A DNA stretch of 64,000 nucleotides from Eremomyces bilateralis CBS 781.70 (taxonomy: Eukaryota), in NCBI GenBank assembly GCA_010015585.1, contig ML975149.1; one strand, 5' to 3'. Positions within the stretch are counted from its first letter, which is position 1; each line of letters opens with the position of its first letter. The notes beneath the pieces are model-generated. The model saw only the letters and a list, made by a program, of their open reading frames with translations. It ran no database searches and was not told the origin of the DNA. Below, piece after piece: positions 45,987 through 59,507 of this stretch. The position numbers and the translations under genes are program-made.

Positions 45987-46493
45987 TCAGTGAGCGGTCT
46001 CTGATTTTTCACCGGACTGATCGGATTCCGATTTGGGATACCGTTGCTTAGGATCCCATATGGACTCGGTACTATTACCGACATTAAACCACTTTCGGAT
46101 CTATAGTAGCAATGTCAGCTAGCGTCATTGATCTTAGAGATGTGCCTTACTCCTTGGAATGGCTGCTCCTCTGTCTCTCGACCTTTTGTAGGTAACTCTA
46201 AGAAGAGAACACCATATACCAGGATGCCTGTCGTTTGTTAATGGATTGTGGATGGGACGGAACCATCGACTCTTACTTATGATGATACCCCATTGACTCA
46301 ACTGGAGGAGCTTCATGAAGTTCGGGCGTGCCCATTTCAGGTTCGTTCTTCTCCTATATCTCCGCTCGAGCCGGAATTGATGCTTATTGGAAAGGTTGGA
46401 GAAGTCCGGTGGCCAGATCTTTTTGGCCTTGTATGGGTTCGTCGCATGATTAAATTGCGACTTGATGCTTCTTCGGACCAGAGAAGGGAACAT
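45987..46493 (-). CDS. Small conserved fungal hypothetical protein, probably mitochondrial with one TM (3 exons)
   Basis: NPYKAKKIWPPDFSNLSNKHQFRLERRYRRR..LKWARP...QWGII/ILVYGVLFL...QPFQG/IRKWF; basic N-terminus. Confidence 0.75.
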
Positions 46494-46828
46494 TCTGCTG
46501 GTAGATTTCGCTGTCCAAAGTACCGGTATATAGCAAATGCCCTTTGATGGTCAATGGTCGATATCAAAATGTGAACTGTGGTGAAGTTTGGAAAGGTCCA
46601 TAGAACGAAACATGCGATGATCAGAATTCACACCACTCAGACTCAGATAATTATTCCACTGATTTGAGCTCGACGCTCGGACCACCATCAATCAATCATC
46701 AACGTCGAAATGAAATCGAAATTTCGAAACTCTGTAACTTCTGTATGAATGGCCTTCGTGAGTCACTGACGCACTCGTTGAACGCCGCTCGTCGGTTTAC
46801 CCGTTTCCTCCCAACTACTCAAATCAGG

Positions 46829-49800
46829 ATGGCAACCGTAAAAGTTGCCGTCGACGCTCTCGACCCGAGCAACAGCTCGAAGAACACTCTCAAACTCGAA
46901 AACGTATGTGATCGATGCTCGAGTCACGATGGCAGGGCTGTACTGATAATTAATAATGCAGACCGAGAAACGAGACAACCTCATAGCCATCGAGAAGAAA
47001 TACCAGAAAGTATGGCAGGACACCAAAGTCTTCGAGCCGAATGCCCCAACACTGGAGGAGATCCCATTCCAGTCATTGTCAAACCAGCAGATGCACGAGA
47101 AGAACCCGAAGTTCTTCGGATGTTTCGCATACCCATATATGAATGGTGTTCTACATGCGGGTCACTCGTTCACGGTGAGCAAGGTTGAGTTTGCAGCAGG
47201 ATGGGCGAGAATGCTAGGAAAGCGAACACTCTTCCCCCTTGGATACCACTGCACCGGTATGCCGATCAAGGCGTGCGCAGACAAGCTAGAGCGCGAGATC
47301 GAGCTGTTTGGTAAGGACTTCTCAGGGTACGACGCGGATGCGGAGGAGGAAATAGCGCCACCTGCTCCTACCGAGGCGGACACAAGGGCGGACATCACCA
47401 AATTCGTCACCAAGAAGAGCAAGGCAGCTGCGAAAACCTTAAATATGAAGTATCAGTTCCAGATCATGATTGCGTTGGGCATTCCACTGGAGGAGATCCA
47501 CAGATTCGCCGACCCGCAGCATTGGCTGAACCACTTCCCCGGCTACTGCAAGGAGCACCTCATCAATTTCGGCGCGCGGATCGACTGGAGACGAAGCTTT
47601 GTTACTACCGACCGAAACCCTTACTACGATACTTTCGTGCGATGGCAGATGAATATCCTGAAAGAGGCAGGGAAGATCAAGTTCGGAAAGCGATACACGG
47701 TCTATTCTCCGAAGGACGGCCAACCGTGCTTGGATCACGACCGAAGCTCAGGAGAAGGTGTTACGGTTCAGGAGTACACCGCCGTGAAGATGAAGGTCTT
47801 GGAATGGTCAGAGAAAGGCAAAGACATCGTTGCAGGAAAGGTTCCTGAGAACGCGAATGTCTACTTCCTCCCGGCTACTCTGCGACCGGAAACGATGTAC
47901 GGACAAACATGTTGTTTCGTCGGGCCAAAGCTCGACTACGGCATCTTCAAAGTCTCCGAGACCGAATACCTCTTCTGCTCCGACAAGGCGGCGAGAAATA
48001 TGGCTTTCCAAAGCGTCTTCCCCGAGTGGGGCGTGTTCCCCAAAGTCGCGTCCCTGCAAGGCTCTGATGTCGTCGGAACTCTCGTCAATGCACCTCTCTC
48101 TGTTCACAAAGATGGAGTCAGGATTCTTCCCATGGACAGCGTAAAAGACACCAAGGGGACTGCTGTTGTTACCTGCGTGCCATCGGACAGCCCGGATGAT
48201 TTCGCAACAATCCGAGAGCTTGCGAAGAAAGCGGAATTCTATGGTATCAAGAAGGAGTGGGCCGAACTGGAGATTGTCCCAATCATTGAGACACCATCGT
48301 TGGGTAACTTGGCCGCGCCGGCTCTTGTAGAAAAGATGAAGATCAACTCACCCAAAGATGTCAAACAGCTGGCCGAAGCGAAGGAGATTGCGTACAAAGA
48401 AGGGTTCTACCAGGGAAAGTTGATCTACGGCGAATTTTCTGGGAAGCCGGTCTCCGAAGCAAAGTTGCTCGTCAAGCAGCAGCTGATCGATTCCGGAGAT
48501 GCTTTCAACTACGCTGAGCCGGACGGAGTGGTCATGAGCCGGTCTGGCGATGTCTGCACAGCGGCGTTGTTGGACCAGTGGTATATGAACTACGGCAAAG
48601 CCGAGAATGGCGGAGATGGTCCGTGGTGTAACAAAGTCCTTGAGTGGGTGCAACACGGGCTCAATACCTACTACCCCGAGTGCAAACATCAGTTCGAGCA
48701 GACTCTAGGATGGTTGTCACAGTGGGCGTGTGCTAGGTCTTATGGTCTAGGAACAAAGCTTCCATGGGATCACAACTTCCTCGTGGAGAGTCTCAGCGAT
48801 AGTACGATCTACCAATCCTATTACACAGTAAGCTCCAAACCCCTACTAGTAACGTCTGCCAGATGGTAACAGTTCAGGTCGCGCATTTCCTTCATTCAGA
48901 TATCTACGGCGATACCCAGGGTTCTGGTAAGATCAAGCCGGAGCAAATGACCGACGAGGTTTGGGACTACGTTTTCTGGAGAAATGGCGACGTCAAGACC
49001 GACATTCCAATGGACACGCTGAAGGCAATGCGCCGAGAGTTCGAGTATTGGTACCCGGTCGATGTCAGAGTGTCTGGCAAAGATCTCATCCAAAGTAAGT
49101 TACCTTCGGGAATATTTCCGAGTGCAGTCTGACAATACTCTAGACCATCTTACTTTCTTCCTCTACGTTCACGTTGCTATCTTCTCGAAGGAACACTGGC
49201 CGCGTTCCATCCGTACCAACGGGCATCTTCTGCTCAATGGCGAGAAGATGAGCAAGAGCACAGGCAACTTCCTCACCTTGGACGACGCAGTCAAAAAGTT
49301 TGGCGCCGATGCTACGCGAATTGCCCTTGCGGACGCCGGCGATGGCATTGAGGACGCAAACTTCGACGAGTCGGTCGCGAACGCGAACATCCTCCGTCTA
49401 TACGAACTGAAGAAATGGATCGAAGAGATGATCCAGGAAGCCAAACTTGTGAAGGATGCTACCGAGTTCGTCGCGGTTCGAGACGCCGGAAAGTCCAAGC
49501 AGACGGACGTCGTGCAACGAACCGGCGAGCTCGCCTTCTTCGACAAGCTTTTCGAGAACGAGATGAACGACCTCGTCAACCAGACCCGCCAGCAGTACGA
49601 CGCGACGAACTACAAAATCGCGCTCAAGACCGGCTTCTACGACTTCACCGGCGCACGAGACAGCTACCGCGAGTCCTGCAAGACCGCCGGCATCGGCATG
49701 CACCACGATCTCATCCGCCGCTACGTGGAGCTCCAAGCCCTCCTCCTCACCCCCATCGCGCCGCATTTCAGCGAGTACCTCTGGCGCGAGGTGCTCAAGA

Positions 49801-50408
49801 AGCCCGAGACCGTCCAGAGCGCGCTGTACCCCCCCGCCACCAAGATTGACCCGTCCCTCAGCACCATATCGACGTACATCAAAACCACGTCGTCGAACAT
49901 CCTCTCCGCTGAAGGCACGCACATGAAGCGCGTCGCGAAGGGCAAGAACGTGCAGTACAACCCGTCCAAAGATAAGCGGCTCTCGATCTTTGTCGCGGGC
50001 GCGTTCCCCGCCTGGCAAGAGAAGTACATGGAGCTGGCGCGGCAGGCGCTCGAGGGCCTCAGCATCGACATGAAGAAGCTGACCCCGAACATCGCGAAGC
50101 CCGAGATGAAGAAGGCGATGCCGTTTGTGCAGGGGCTGAAGCGCCGGCTTGATTCGGGGGAGACCGCGGCCGCGGTGTTCGACCGCGAGCTTGGGTTCGA
50201 TGAGATGGCGGTGTTGCGAGAGATGGCGCCCGGGTTGAAGAAGACGGTGCAGAAGTGCGTGCAGGTGGTGATTATTGGGGTGAAGGAGGGGGAGAAGTTG
50301 GGGACGGTGGTGAACGAGGATGGGAGTGAAGGGGAGAAAAGGGAGGTACCGCCGAATGCGGAGTCGGCGGTGCCGGGGAATCCGGCGTTTTTCTTTGAGA
50401 ATGTTTAG
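46829..50408 (+). CDS. CDC60: Cytoplasmic leucyl-tRNA synthetase (4 exons)
   Basis: YPYMNGVLHAGH (HIGH), PCLDHDRSSGEG, ATLRPETMYGQT, editing domain GTAVVTCVPSDSPDD, ESLSDSTIY and GEKMSKSTGNF. Confidence 0.97.
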
Positions 50409-50558
50409 ATATGGATGCGAGAACTTGCTTGGTCCGTAGAAAAGTAGATTCATACAGCTGATCGATCTTATCTGTCTGGCCAATGTATGATAGAATGCAT
50501 TTCCATGCTTTCAACCCCTATCTACCCGGTGAACCCCTCTCTACTACGAACCAGTCTC

Positions 50559-51888
50559 CTAACCCCCCTTCTCCCACAACTTCCTTCCCGCTGCCCACGT
50601 CTGCACCACCTCGCCCTCCTCCGTCAACACCACAAAATCAGCCCTCCTCCCCCTCTCCAACCTCCCCCGATCCTCCAACCCCATCATCTCCGCCACATTC
50701 TCCGTCACGCACCGCACCGCCTCCGCCACTCCACACCCGCTCCACCGCACCAAATTCCTCACCCCCTCCTGCAGACTCAAACACCCGCCCACCATGATCT
50801 CCGTCCCCGCGACCGTCACCAATGCCCCCCGCTTCTCCTGCGGCTGCGGGATCTGCGCGTGCCCGGGATAGACGCCGTCGGGCAGCCCCGCGAGCTCGAC
50901 GCTGTCGGTGATGAGGATGCATTTGGCGGGGTTGGCGCGGTAGAGAAGCGTCGCGATCGAGGGGTCCAGGTGGTGGCCGTCGGTGATGAGGGAGTAGTAG
51001 GGGTTGTTGATCGCTGGTGCGGTGATGAGGCCGGGGAGGCCGGGGTTGCGGTGGTGGAGAGGGGACATCGCGTTGAAGACGTGGGTTAGTGCGGTGGCAC
51101 CGGCGGAGAGGGCGGAGAGGCCATCGGAGAAGGTGGCGGTGGAGTGGCCGAGGGAGACGCGGGTGTTGTTGGCAGTGAGGGTGCGGATGAGGGGGGTGGA
51201 GGAGGGGAGTTCGGGGGCAAGGGTACAGAGTTTGATATTTTTTAGATTGGCCTCCCCGTAGATGGTTTGGGGTTCTGTGGTGGGTTGCTGGAACAAGAAT
51301 TCGTTGTGTGCTCCTTTCTTTGAAGGGTGGAGATAAGGGCCTTCGCAGTGAGCCCCGAGAAGGGTTGCTCCATCAGGGATGGATCGTGGTCGTAATGAAG
51401 GAAGGATCTGAAAAGAGACATGTTAAGCAACAGCGGCTCAAACCTTAATAGACTCCTGATCAAACCTGCAGTTCAAAATATGGCATAACATAATAGAAAG
51501 AAACTAGAATGCACGACGAACAAGTACAGGATGAAACGAGAATCCTCTTTACCTTCTGGAAATCATCTGAAGATACTGTAGGAATGGTGGCCCAAAATCC
51601 GGTCACACCTTCAGTCACATAGTACTTTGCCGTATCGTCCAGCCGTTGCTGGTATTGCTCAGCATCCTCAAAATGAGTGAAGTGAAATCCATTGACGCCA
51701 TTCGTCTGCAGTTCTAGGAAACCGGGTGCGATGATCCCTTCCTCCAGATCCACGATCTCGCCGCCAATATAACCGGTTCGGTGTAGGATCTTCCCCGTAT
51801 CTTCCGATACCACAAACTGATCTTCGACCAACTTCCCGTTGATGCAGAGGCGGCAGTTCGTGAACGTGGTGAACCAGCCGTCAGCCAT
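50559..51888 (-). CDS. DAC1: N-acetylglucosamine-6-phosphate deacetylase (NagA/Dac1 family), 2 exons
   Basis: APGFLELQTNG, GVTGFWAT, LGAHCEGPY..KKGAH, TLAPEL, SLGHS, THVFNAM, ITDGHHL, ITDS, and GRLERGRRADFVV. Confidence 0.9.
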
Positions 51889-52647
51889 GGTGATAAGGGG
51901 GAGCGGGAATATGCCAGGATCTGTAGCAATAACCGGAAAATAAGGACAGAGTTTGTCTCTATACCAGATGGGTACTTGGGATTCGATTCGGCTGTAGCGG
52001 TAGAATCACAGTAGGTCATGTCTGATCTCACCAGTGTAACTTGATGGATGTGATTCCCCCACTAGAGACATCATCATCATGGCAGGGATGAGGGTGGCAT
52101 ATCCCTGTGCACATCATCAGGAAGCTTGATACCTATCCTGTCCAAGTCTCAACTCCAAAGGTCTCAACGACAAATTAGCAAGGCATGGAGTGGCGACATT
52201 CAAATAGCTGGAATTTGTATGATGCATCCATATAGCTGCAGTGATATAAATGAAGCCGGAAAGAAATGCGGCGATAAGGCGACGATTGGGCAGTTAAAGG
52301 CACTAGCAACGCGAGATCGAGATTCGTGGGGAAGGCGCCAAGAACCACAATTGGCGCTCTGGGGCAGCTACATGATTGACGTCATACAAAGATCGCTGGT
52401 GTTGGAGCTCCAAGTGTTTGACCGACTCCAGTGATGCCGTCCATTGCTCCCTCTTCACCAAACCACTGCATCATTTATATGCGAGTGTTCCACAGCTGGA
52501 AACCTGTTAATGCAGGTCAATTCCTTCCTATATCCCTCAATCTATCCTCATTTCACATCTCCCTTCCCTTTCCCTCCATCAACCAAGCTCCAAGCTGGTG
52601 ATATCCTCCGTCTCAAGCTTGTTCCGTAAGGGTCGAATACAGTGAAC

Positions 52648-55600
52648 ATGGCAGGTGGACCTCCAGAGCAGGAGCAACACCTCCCCGGAGGGCATTATTC
52701 CGGGAGAAATCCTGTACCAACTATCAATCAATTCCTTCGGAGTCTCGACAGTGAAAAGACGGAGAGAGACAAGCGGATTGATGCTGAGCTGGCCCAGAAA
52801 CGCGAGAAGCTGATGAGCCAGAACGAAACCAATCAAGATGTAAAAGCCCATGAGGTTGAGGCCCCAACTACGAAGGCTGCGCAAAAAAGAGTCACGGATC
52901 CTACAACTGGCCGGGAGGTGGTCATTGAAGATGTTGGGAAAGATACCTATAAGCTAGTCGAGGATCCAATCGTAAGTAGGCTCCAAATGTTGTGGTATCC
53001 ATGCATCCACTAACCGTTCTATAGCTCTCGGTCCCGAATGCAAATCTCGGTAAAGAGACAGTACGTGGGCACAATTGTCCGCCTGGAAACTGAGCTAATA
53101 ATGACATAGCATATCAAAACGGACTCTTCGCAACCATTGGAAGAATACAAGGAAAACCAAGACGTCACTGCACCTCCCGATCCAGTTGCGGAGGGCACGA
53201 CATCCGATGTACCCATCCACGGCGAAAAGACAAACGTTCTGTTCCATCCCACCCCGTCAGTCAGTTATGAGCCTACCTTCAAGGTCCTCGAAACACGCGC
53301 CAACGCATTGGCGATCGGCATTGTCCTTGCAACTGTCGTTGTTGGCAAGTTGTTCGGCGGACGGTTGCTCGGATTGATTCCTCTAGGCTTGTGCCTTGGT
53401 ACTGGCGTGTTCCTCTGGGCAAAGGAGGTGATCCGCAGTGGAAGAGAAGTAGAGTGGGAAAGCGAGAAACAGCGAGGAGAAGTAGCAACGTTGAACTTGC
53501 TTCCCGAGTCTACCGAGTGGCTGAACACACTTCTCGGGATTGTTTGGGGCATGATGGATCCCGACATGTTCACTGCCGTCGCAGATACCCTTGAAGACGT
53601 CATGCAGGTGTCTGTCCCAGGTGTCATTGAGAATGTCCGAGTTGCCGAGATCAATCAGGGAAGCAACCCCCTCCGCATTCTAAGTCTCAGGGCTCTTCCA
53701 GATGGTCATATGAAAGAGATGAAAGACTCGATTCACGAAGAGAACAAGAAGTCCAAGGATCCACAAGAGGCTGCCGCTGATGAAGAGGGTGGGGATTATT
53801 ACAACCTGGAAGCCTCCTTCGGATACCATGCATCACCTAGTGGAAAGCGAGCATCGGACAAGGCACGCAACATGCATATGCAGCTCGTCTTCTACCTCGG
53901 AATCAAAGGTCTCTTTGGAGTGCCACTGCCCATCTTTGTCGAGCTTCAAAGGTTGGTCGGCACTGTTCGATTGCGGTTGAACATGACCCCCGAACCACCA
54001 TTCCTGAAGACAGTGACCTTTACCCTGATGGGTGTTCCACAAGTCCAGGCTGGTTGCATCCCGATGGTGGAGAAAGGCGTCAACATCTTAAACCTGCCAC
54101 TGATCTCGAACTTTGTCAATTACGCCATCAAAGCAGCCTCGAGCATGTATGTCGCTCCGAAATCGCTCACTATCGATATGCGGGCCATCTTGCAAGGCGA
54201 CGATATTCAAAAGGACGTCCAGGCTCTTGGAATTCTCTGGATCCGTATCCATCGTGCCATCGGTCTCAGCAAGCAAGACAAGCGCGGTAGCAAACATGGT
54301 GGAAGTGACCCATACATCACGCTTACCTTCTCGAAGTATGGAAAGCCAATGTGGTGCTCCAGAGTCATTACCGATGACTTAAACCCCATCTGGGAGGAAA
54401 CGGCGGCTTTGCTGGTCACCCCCGAACTCATCAAGGCAGCTGAAAACTTGAGCGTTGAACTTTGGGATAGCGATCGTCACTCGGCTGACGATATTGTCGG
54501 CAAAGTTGAGCTCTCGATGCAAAAGATGATCCAACATCCGGGTAAGATGTACCCTCAGGTGTCTAAGCTGGCCGGTATGGATTCCGACAGCACCATGCCC
54601 GGGGAGCTACACTGGGAGATCGGATATTTTGGTAAACCACAATTCCGGTCTGCTCTTCGTAGCGATGGCAAGAATCGATCCCTACCAAAGGAGCTCCAGG
54701 ACAACCCGGAATTCCAGGATGACAAGGGTACAACCAACACCGCGACGGACGATGCGGTGAAGACCACACCTCCTGACCCACTCTGGCCTAGCGGTATCGT
54801 CAGCGTGGTTGCCCACCAGATCGTCAACCTGCAGCTCGAGAACATTAAGGGCACTTCAGGCAGCCGAAAGAACCGAGAATACGAGCCTGCGAAACCGTAT
54901 GGAGAGACCACGGAACAAGAAGGCAAGAGCTTGCCAACTTCATACTGCACTATCCTCCTAAACGATGAGTTGATCTACCGCACCCGCGCAAAAGCCGTGT
55001 CCAGTCAGCCCATCTTCAACGCAGGAACGGAACGGTTCGTCCGAGATTGGCGGTCTGCCCTTGTCACCGTAACCGTCCGTGATCAGCGAAACCGTGAACA
55101 CGACCCCATTCTGGGCGTTGTGCCGCTGAAGCTGTCCGACGTCCTAGAGACCAGCTCACAGGTCACTCGCTGGTATCCTCTCGATGGCGGCGTTGGTTTC
55201 GGACGCATCCGAATCTCCCTGGTGTTCCGCAGCGTTGAAACGAGACTGCCGCCAAACATGCTAGGCTGGGACGTTGGAACATTCGAGTTTACCTCCCCCC
55301 AGGTCCTCGCGATCGGCTATCAACATGCTGCTAAACTTAAGCTCCGTACTGGAGGTAGCATCGGCCAGATTGGCAGGTCTAAATGCGAGAAATTGCAAGA
55401 AGGCGACGGATACTATTGGGACGTCAACGAGGTCGACGGTCAGAAAGCCGTCCAACTTCCTGTCAAGCACCGATACCGTTCACCCGTGGTGTTCGAGCTC
55501 CATATTTCCGGCAAGAGGAAAGCCGACGCCTATGCGGCCGTCTGGCTGCACCATCTCGTCGACAACGAAGACTCGCCTATCAACGTCCCTATCTGGCAAA

Positions 55601-56500
55601 CCGCCGCCCCGGCCCGCCTGACGCAGAACTACATTACGGAGGACAATTGCGCGAACGAGAAAGGCCTTGAAGACCTCAAGGAAGTCGGCCGTCTCCAGTT
55701 CCGCGCTCGATTCAAGGCCGGAATGGACGAGTCTCACCAGGCGTTCATCTCAGACAACGACACCCGCGAGACGTACGAGACCTGGGAAGCCTGCCTCGCA
55801 GAAGGCGTACGCACGCGGCAAGTCGAGAAAGAAGTTCCGGATACGGTGCAGGTGCTGCATGAGCGTAGCTTGACGGAAGGGCGAGATGTGTTGAAGGCCG
55901 CGTCGGAAGAGGAAAAGAAGAAGTGGATTACCAAGGACGGGACGGATTGGAGTGGCGCGTTTGGTGAGGACCCAGCGATGTTCATGGATGCAAAAGGGAA
56001 GATGAAGCGCCAGCCGGGCGCAGAAGCACCGCTCACGCAAGAGGAGCGCGGAGAAGCTGAGGACTATGACGATGACGATGAAGAGCACGACTCCAACGAA
56101 GATCTCGGGATCCAGGACGCCGACAACGCGCACTTCGCTAAAGAAGACGCAAATGGCGACGCGACCAAGTCGTTCATGGACGGCACCACGGACCGCAGCA
56201 GGTCCACCACGTCCGGCGGAACGGAGGACACGTCGACGAGCAGCGGGTCGACGTCGACCAAGGACGTCAACAAGCAGAATCGGCGGACGGAGCAGCGGAA
56301 GCAGCGGGGGCTGATGCAGTGGAAGCCGGCGCGGAATGCGAAGTTCGCGAAGGACCAGGGGGCACTGGGTGTGCGGAAGTTGAAGGGGATGGTTACGGGG
56401 GGGTTGGAGGGGCGGCAGCCGGGGGTGGAGACGGGTAAGTTTTGGAGACTTCTGACTGTGATTGAAGTGATGCTGACTAGAGTTCACAGAAACGGGATAA
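52648..56500 (+). CDS. SMP/C2-domain membrane protein (Mug190-like, tricalbin-related)
   Basis: YSGRNPVPT, VTDPTTGREV, a TM hairpin, PESTEWLN (SMP start), C2 motifs SDPYITL..LNPIWEE..ELWDSDR..DDIVG, a second C2 (RDQRNREHDPILG) and the C-terminal RGLMQWKPAR. Confidence 0.88.
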
Positions 56501-57257
56501 TAGCCAACGGGCAGGTTGGTGGGTTTCGGGTAGCTTTGTACGAGTATAGGAAAATTGAGCGGAAAGTTATATGACTCCCAGGAACGTCAGCTGTCGCAGC
56601 ATATGCGAAATGATAGCAAGCAATGGACAGGCATAAAAACATGGGAACAATAGGACGAATTAACTTGTTCAAACGACAACGTGGAAATGAGAGATAACTT
56701 CAAAAGGTAATCATGAACTGACTGCTTGAGATCCGAATAGTAGTTGAATGGAAGTCCTCGCGATGTAGGCGAACAACGGAAGACGGGCCGGCCCCTGAGG
56801 TTCGGATAGAACTTGAAAGACCGACGTAAATCCAAGTAGCGGTACGGAGTACACTACGGAATACCTCCCTCGACCTTATTCGGATAACCAGTAATTAAGG
56901 CCTATCTCCGTCACCCCGCGTATAACTGGTGTCTGAGTTGGGACAGGGATCACCTGTGCTCCATAGACCATAAGGGCCGAAATGCTAAAATTCCGTCTGA
57001 AGTTAGTGTTATTATCCGTTATCCGGTTATCGTGATGTAGTCGCGCACAGTCTCGGTCTCGGACAGGGCCGAATCCTGGCCGTCACCTTCCGCAACATGA
57101 ACCAATCTACATTATAAATACCTACCGTACTCTGCCTCGATTTATCTTGAGTCATGGGTGTGATTGTGCCTGCATGATTTCTTAATAACATGCCCATAGC
57201 GCTTTCGGCAACCACCTAATCAAACCTCATCAGGGTCCCCTGGTTCCCTCCACAACC

Positions 57258-58002
57258 ATGGCCAAATCCGACGCAGAGATAAGAAAGCGTATCATCACCC
57301 ACATGAACAAAGACCACTACGACAGCGTATATATACCCCAACTCTCCCCCCACCCCAATTAATCCTCTCCAGATCATCCGCTACGTCCAACACTACGCCC
57401 ACTGCTCGCCCTTCCACGCCCGCAACGCCACCCTCACCGACATCACCACCACCCACCTCACCATCCAATGCGGCACGCACACCTACCCGATCCCGCTCAC
57501 CCCTCCGCTCGGCTCCCTCTCCGAGGCGCGCCCCCGTCTCGTCGCCATGAACCGCACCGCCACCGACCACCTCGGCCACTCCGCCGTCACCGTCAAGCAG
57601 TGGGTCCCGCCGCTGGGGGTCTACGCTGCGACGTTCCTGATGTGCGTGCTGGGGTTTTTCGTGCTGTCGCGGGACGCGCACATGGCGCCGGGGAGCTGGG
57701 CGTATGAGTATGGGTTGAAATATGGGGGGGATGCGTTCACGGGGTGGTTGAGGCGGTATCGGGGGGTGGGATTCGGGTTGATGTTGGCGATTCATGCGAC
57801 GGAGGCGATGGTGATGGCGAGGGGGAAAATGGTGAGGCATGCGGTGCCGGTGGGGAGCGGGTTGTGGTGGAAGTGGGTGGGGGGGACGTTTGTGGATGGG
57901 GTGTGTAGCTTTCACAGGTTTGATGCGCTGGTGGCGCGGAGAGAAAAAGAGATGGGGAAGAAGGGGCATTTGGTAGGCGGGGTGGAGAGCGGAAGGAGTT
58001 AG
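57258..58002 (+). CDS. DUF2470-domain integral membrane protein, 2 exons
   Basis: RIITHMNKDHYDS/IIRYV...IPLTPPL..LSEARPRLVAM (DUF2470-like), followed by TM segments with IHATEA...W..W..FVDG. Confidence 0.8.
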
Positions 58003-58180
58003 GGGAGTTTTATTTTATTTTATTATGATACCATTGATTAGATGCGCTAGATCGTGATCATGAGGGTATAGGTATGGGGACTATTTGAATACTTTGTGGT
58101 AGTATTACCAGTCTATATATCCACTAAGACTCCTGGCCCCCTTAAGCACGAAACCGTTTAGTACAAAGGAGATGGCCGTC

Positions 58181-59507
58181 TCACGGCGCCTCATAGATCG
58201 GTTGCTGAGCCGGCGGGTGGGTTGGCGTTCCTGCCGAGGCTCCCCCCTGCGCCAGACCTACTGGAGGAGGAACTGGTGAACTGTGCTGCGACGTTCCCCC
58301 CGGCTTCTGGTCCGTTTCCGTGTGCGCCATGCCTTTGGGATCGTAGTAACTGGTGGCAGCACCCGCGAACGGCGGAGGTGGAGCGCCATAGGGCGTAGCC
58401 GGTTGCATATTCGGGTTGTATTGCTGCTGCATGTACGGGGGTTGATTCGGGTCCACGTAGGGTTGCGTACCGGGCGGTGGACCGTATCCGGGCGGAGCAT
58501 ATCCGGCTGCAGCATATCCGCCTTGCGGGGGCACGGCACCCGCACCCGCGGCCACGGGTGCGGCCGCATCGGTCTTCTTTTTGCGAAGGAGGAAGAAGAC
58601 GATGGCTCCGATAATGCCGCCCAGTACGGCAATGCCGCCGACGACTCCACCGACAATGGGTCCGATGGCTGTACCCTTTTTCTTGGGTGATGGTACAGAG
58701 GAACTGGCTCCGCTAGCGAATCCGTTGTTTGTCGAGAGTGTGGAGCTTGTGATGTCGGGGTCCTCGGCACCATCGGCTGTGGTCCCAGTGCCCGACGGAG
58801 CCACTTCTTTCGTTATGACGGTCACACTGCCGCTGACTGTGCTCGTGAGGGTTTCACTGCTGTCCGAGCTAGATGGAGATCCAGAGCGGGAAGAATATGT
58901 CGGATAGACATGAGCCGTTAGGCCATCCGAAGTCGATCGACATGCGAAGCCGGTAAACGTGTGGGAGCCTGTGTACGAGTATGCAGTTTCGCAATATGGC
59001 TCAGTTGCCTCCGTGCTGGGATTGTCAGCATACCAGGTAACATGGAATATGATCAGGTTGGACATACCAAATTCGAAGACGATCATCATTCGAGCACGAC
59101 GATCCACAAATTGATATGCTTTCATGAGGTACGCAGGAAGTTTTAAACTTGCATTGGGCAGTTCTTGTTGAAATGCAGCATGCATACGCGGAGAAATCTG
59201 TATTCGTGGCACAGATATACGGCGATGAACAGAACCTTCGAGACGCTGGACGAGGTTAGCAAGGACATTCAATGCTTCAAGAGACGCTCTTCGGCCTACT
59301 TCTAACGTGTTCCTCGTAACCACAGATGTCTGTCACGCCTCTCTTTTCATTAAAGATATCCAAAAGGTCTATCGCGCCCTGAGTAGTTGCAGGGCTGAAA
59401 CCCTGATAGTCAGCCATTGCATCGAGGCCTGGAGTTGGAAAAGCGCCATCCCAAGGCATCGCAACCGCTGCTCCGAAGAGCATCGCGACATAGAGAAACC
59501 TCGCCAT
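58181..59507 (-). CDS. Type I membrane protein: signal peptide, Cys-rich ectodomain, Ser/Thr stalk, TM helix, Pro/Tyr/Gln-rich tail
   Basis: MARFLYVAMLFGAAVAMPW; spliced Cys-rich exon FCSSPYICATNT..ACC..C..SC..CGSSC; TM GPIVGGVVGGIAVLGGIIGAIVFFLLRKKK; tail ends IYEAP. Confidence 0.8.

Noticed and set aside
49398..51089. Long antisense ORFs over LeuRS and NagA (and similar ones at 18.4, 33, 39, 55.8 and 57.3 kb)
   Set aside because: They are shadows of GC-rich codon usage in real genes and carry no motifs.
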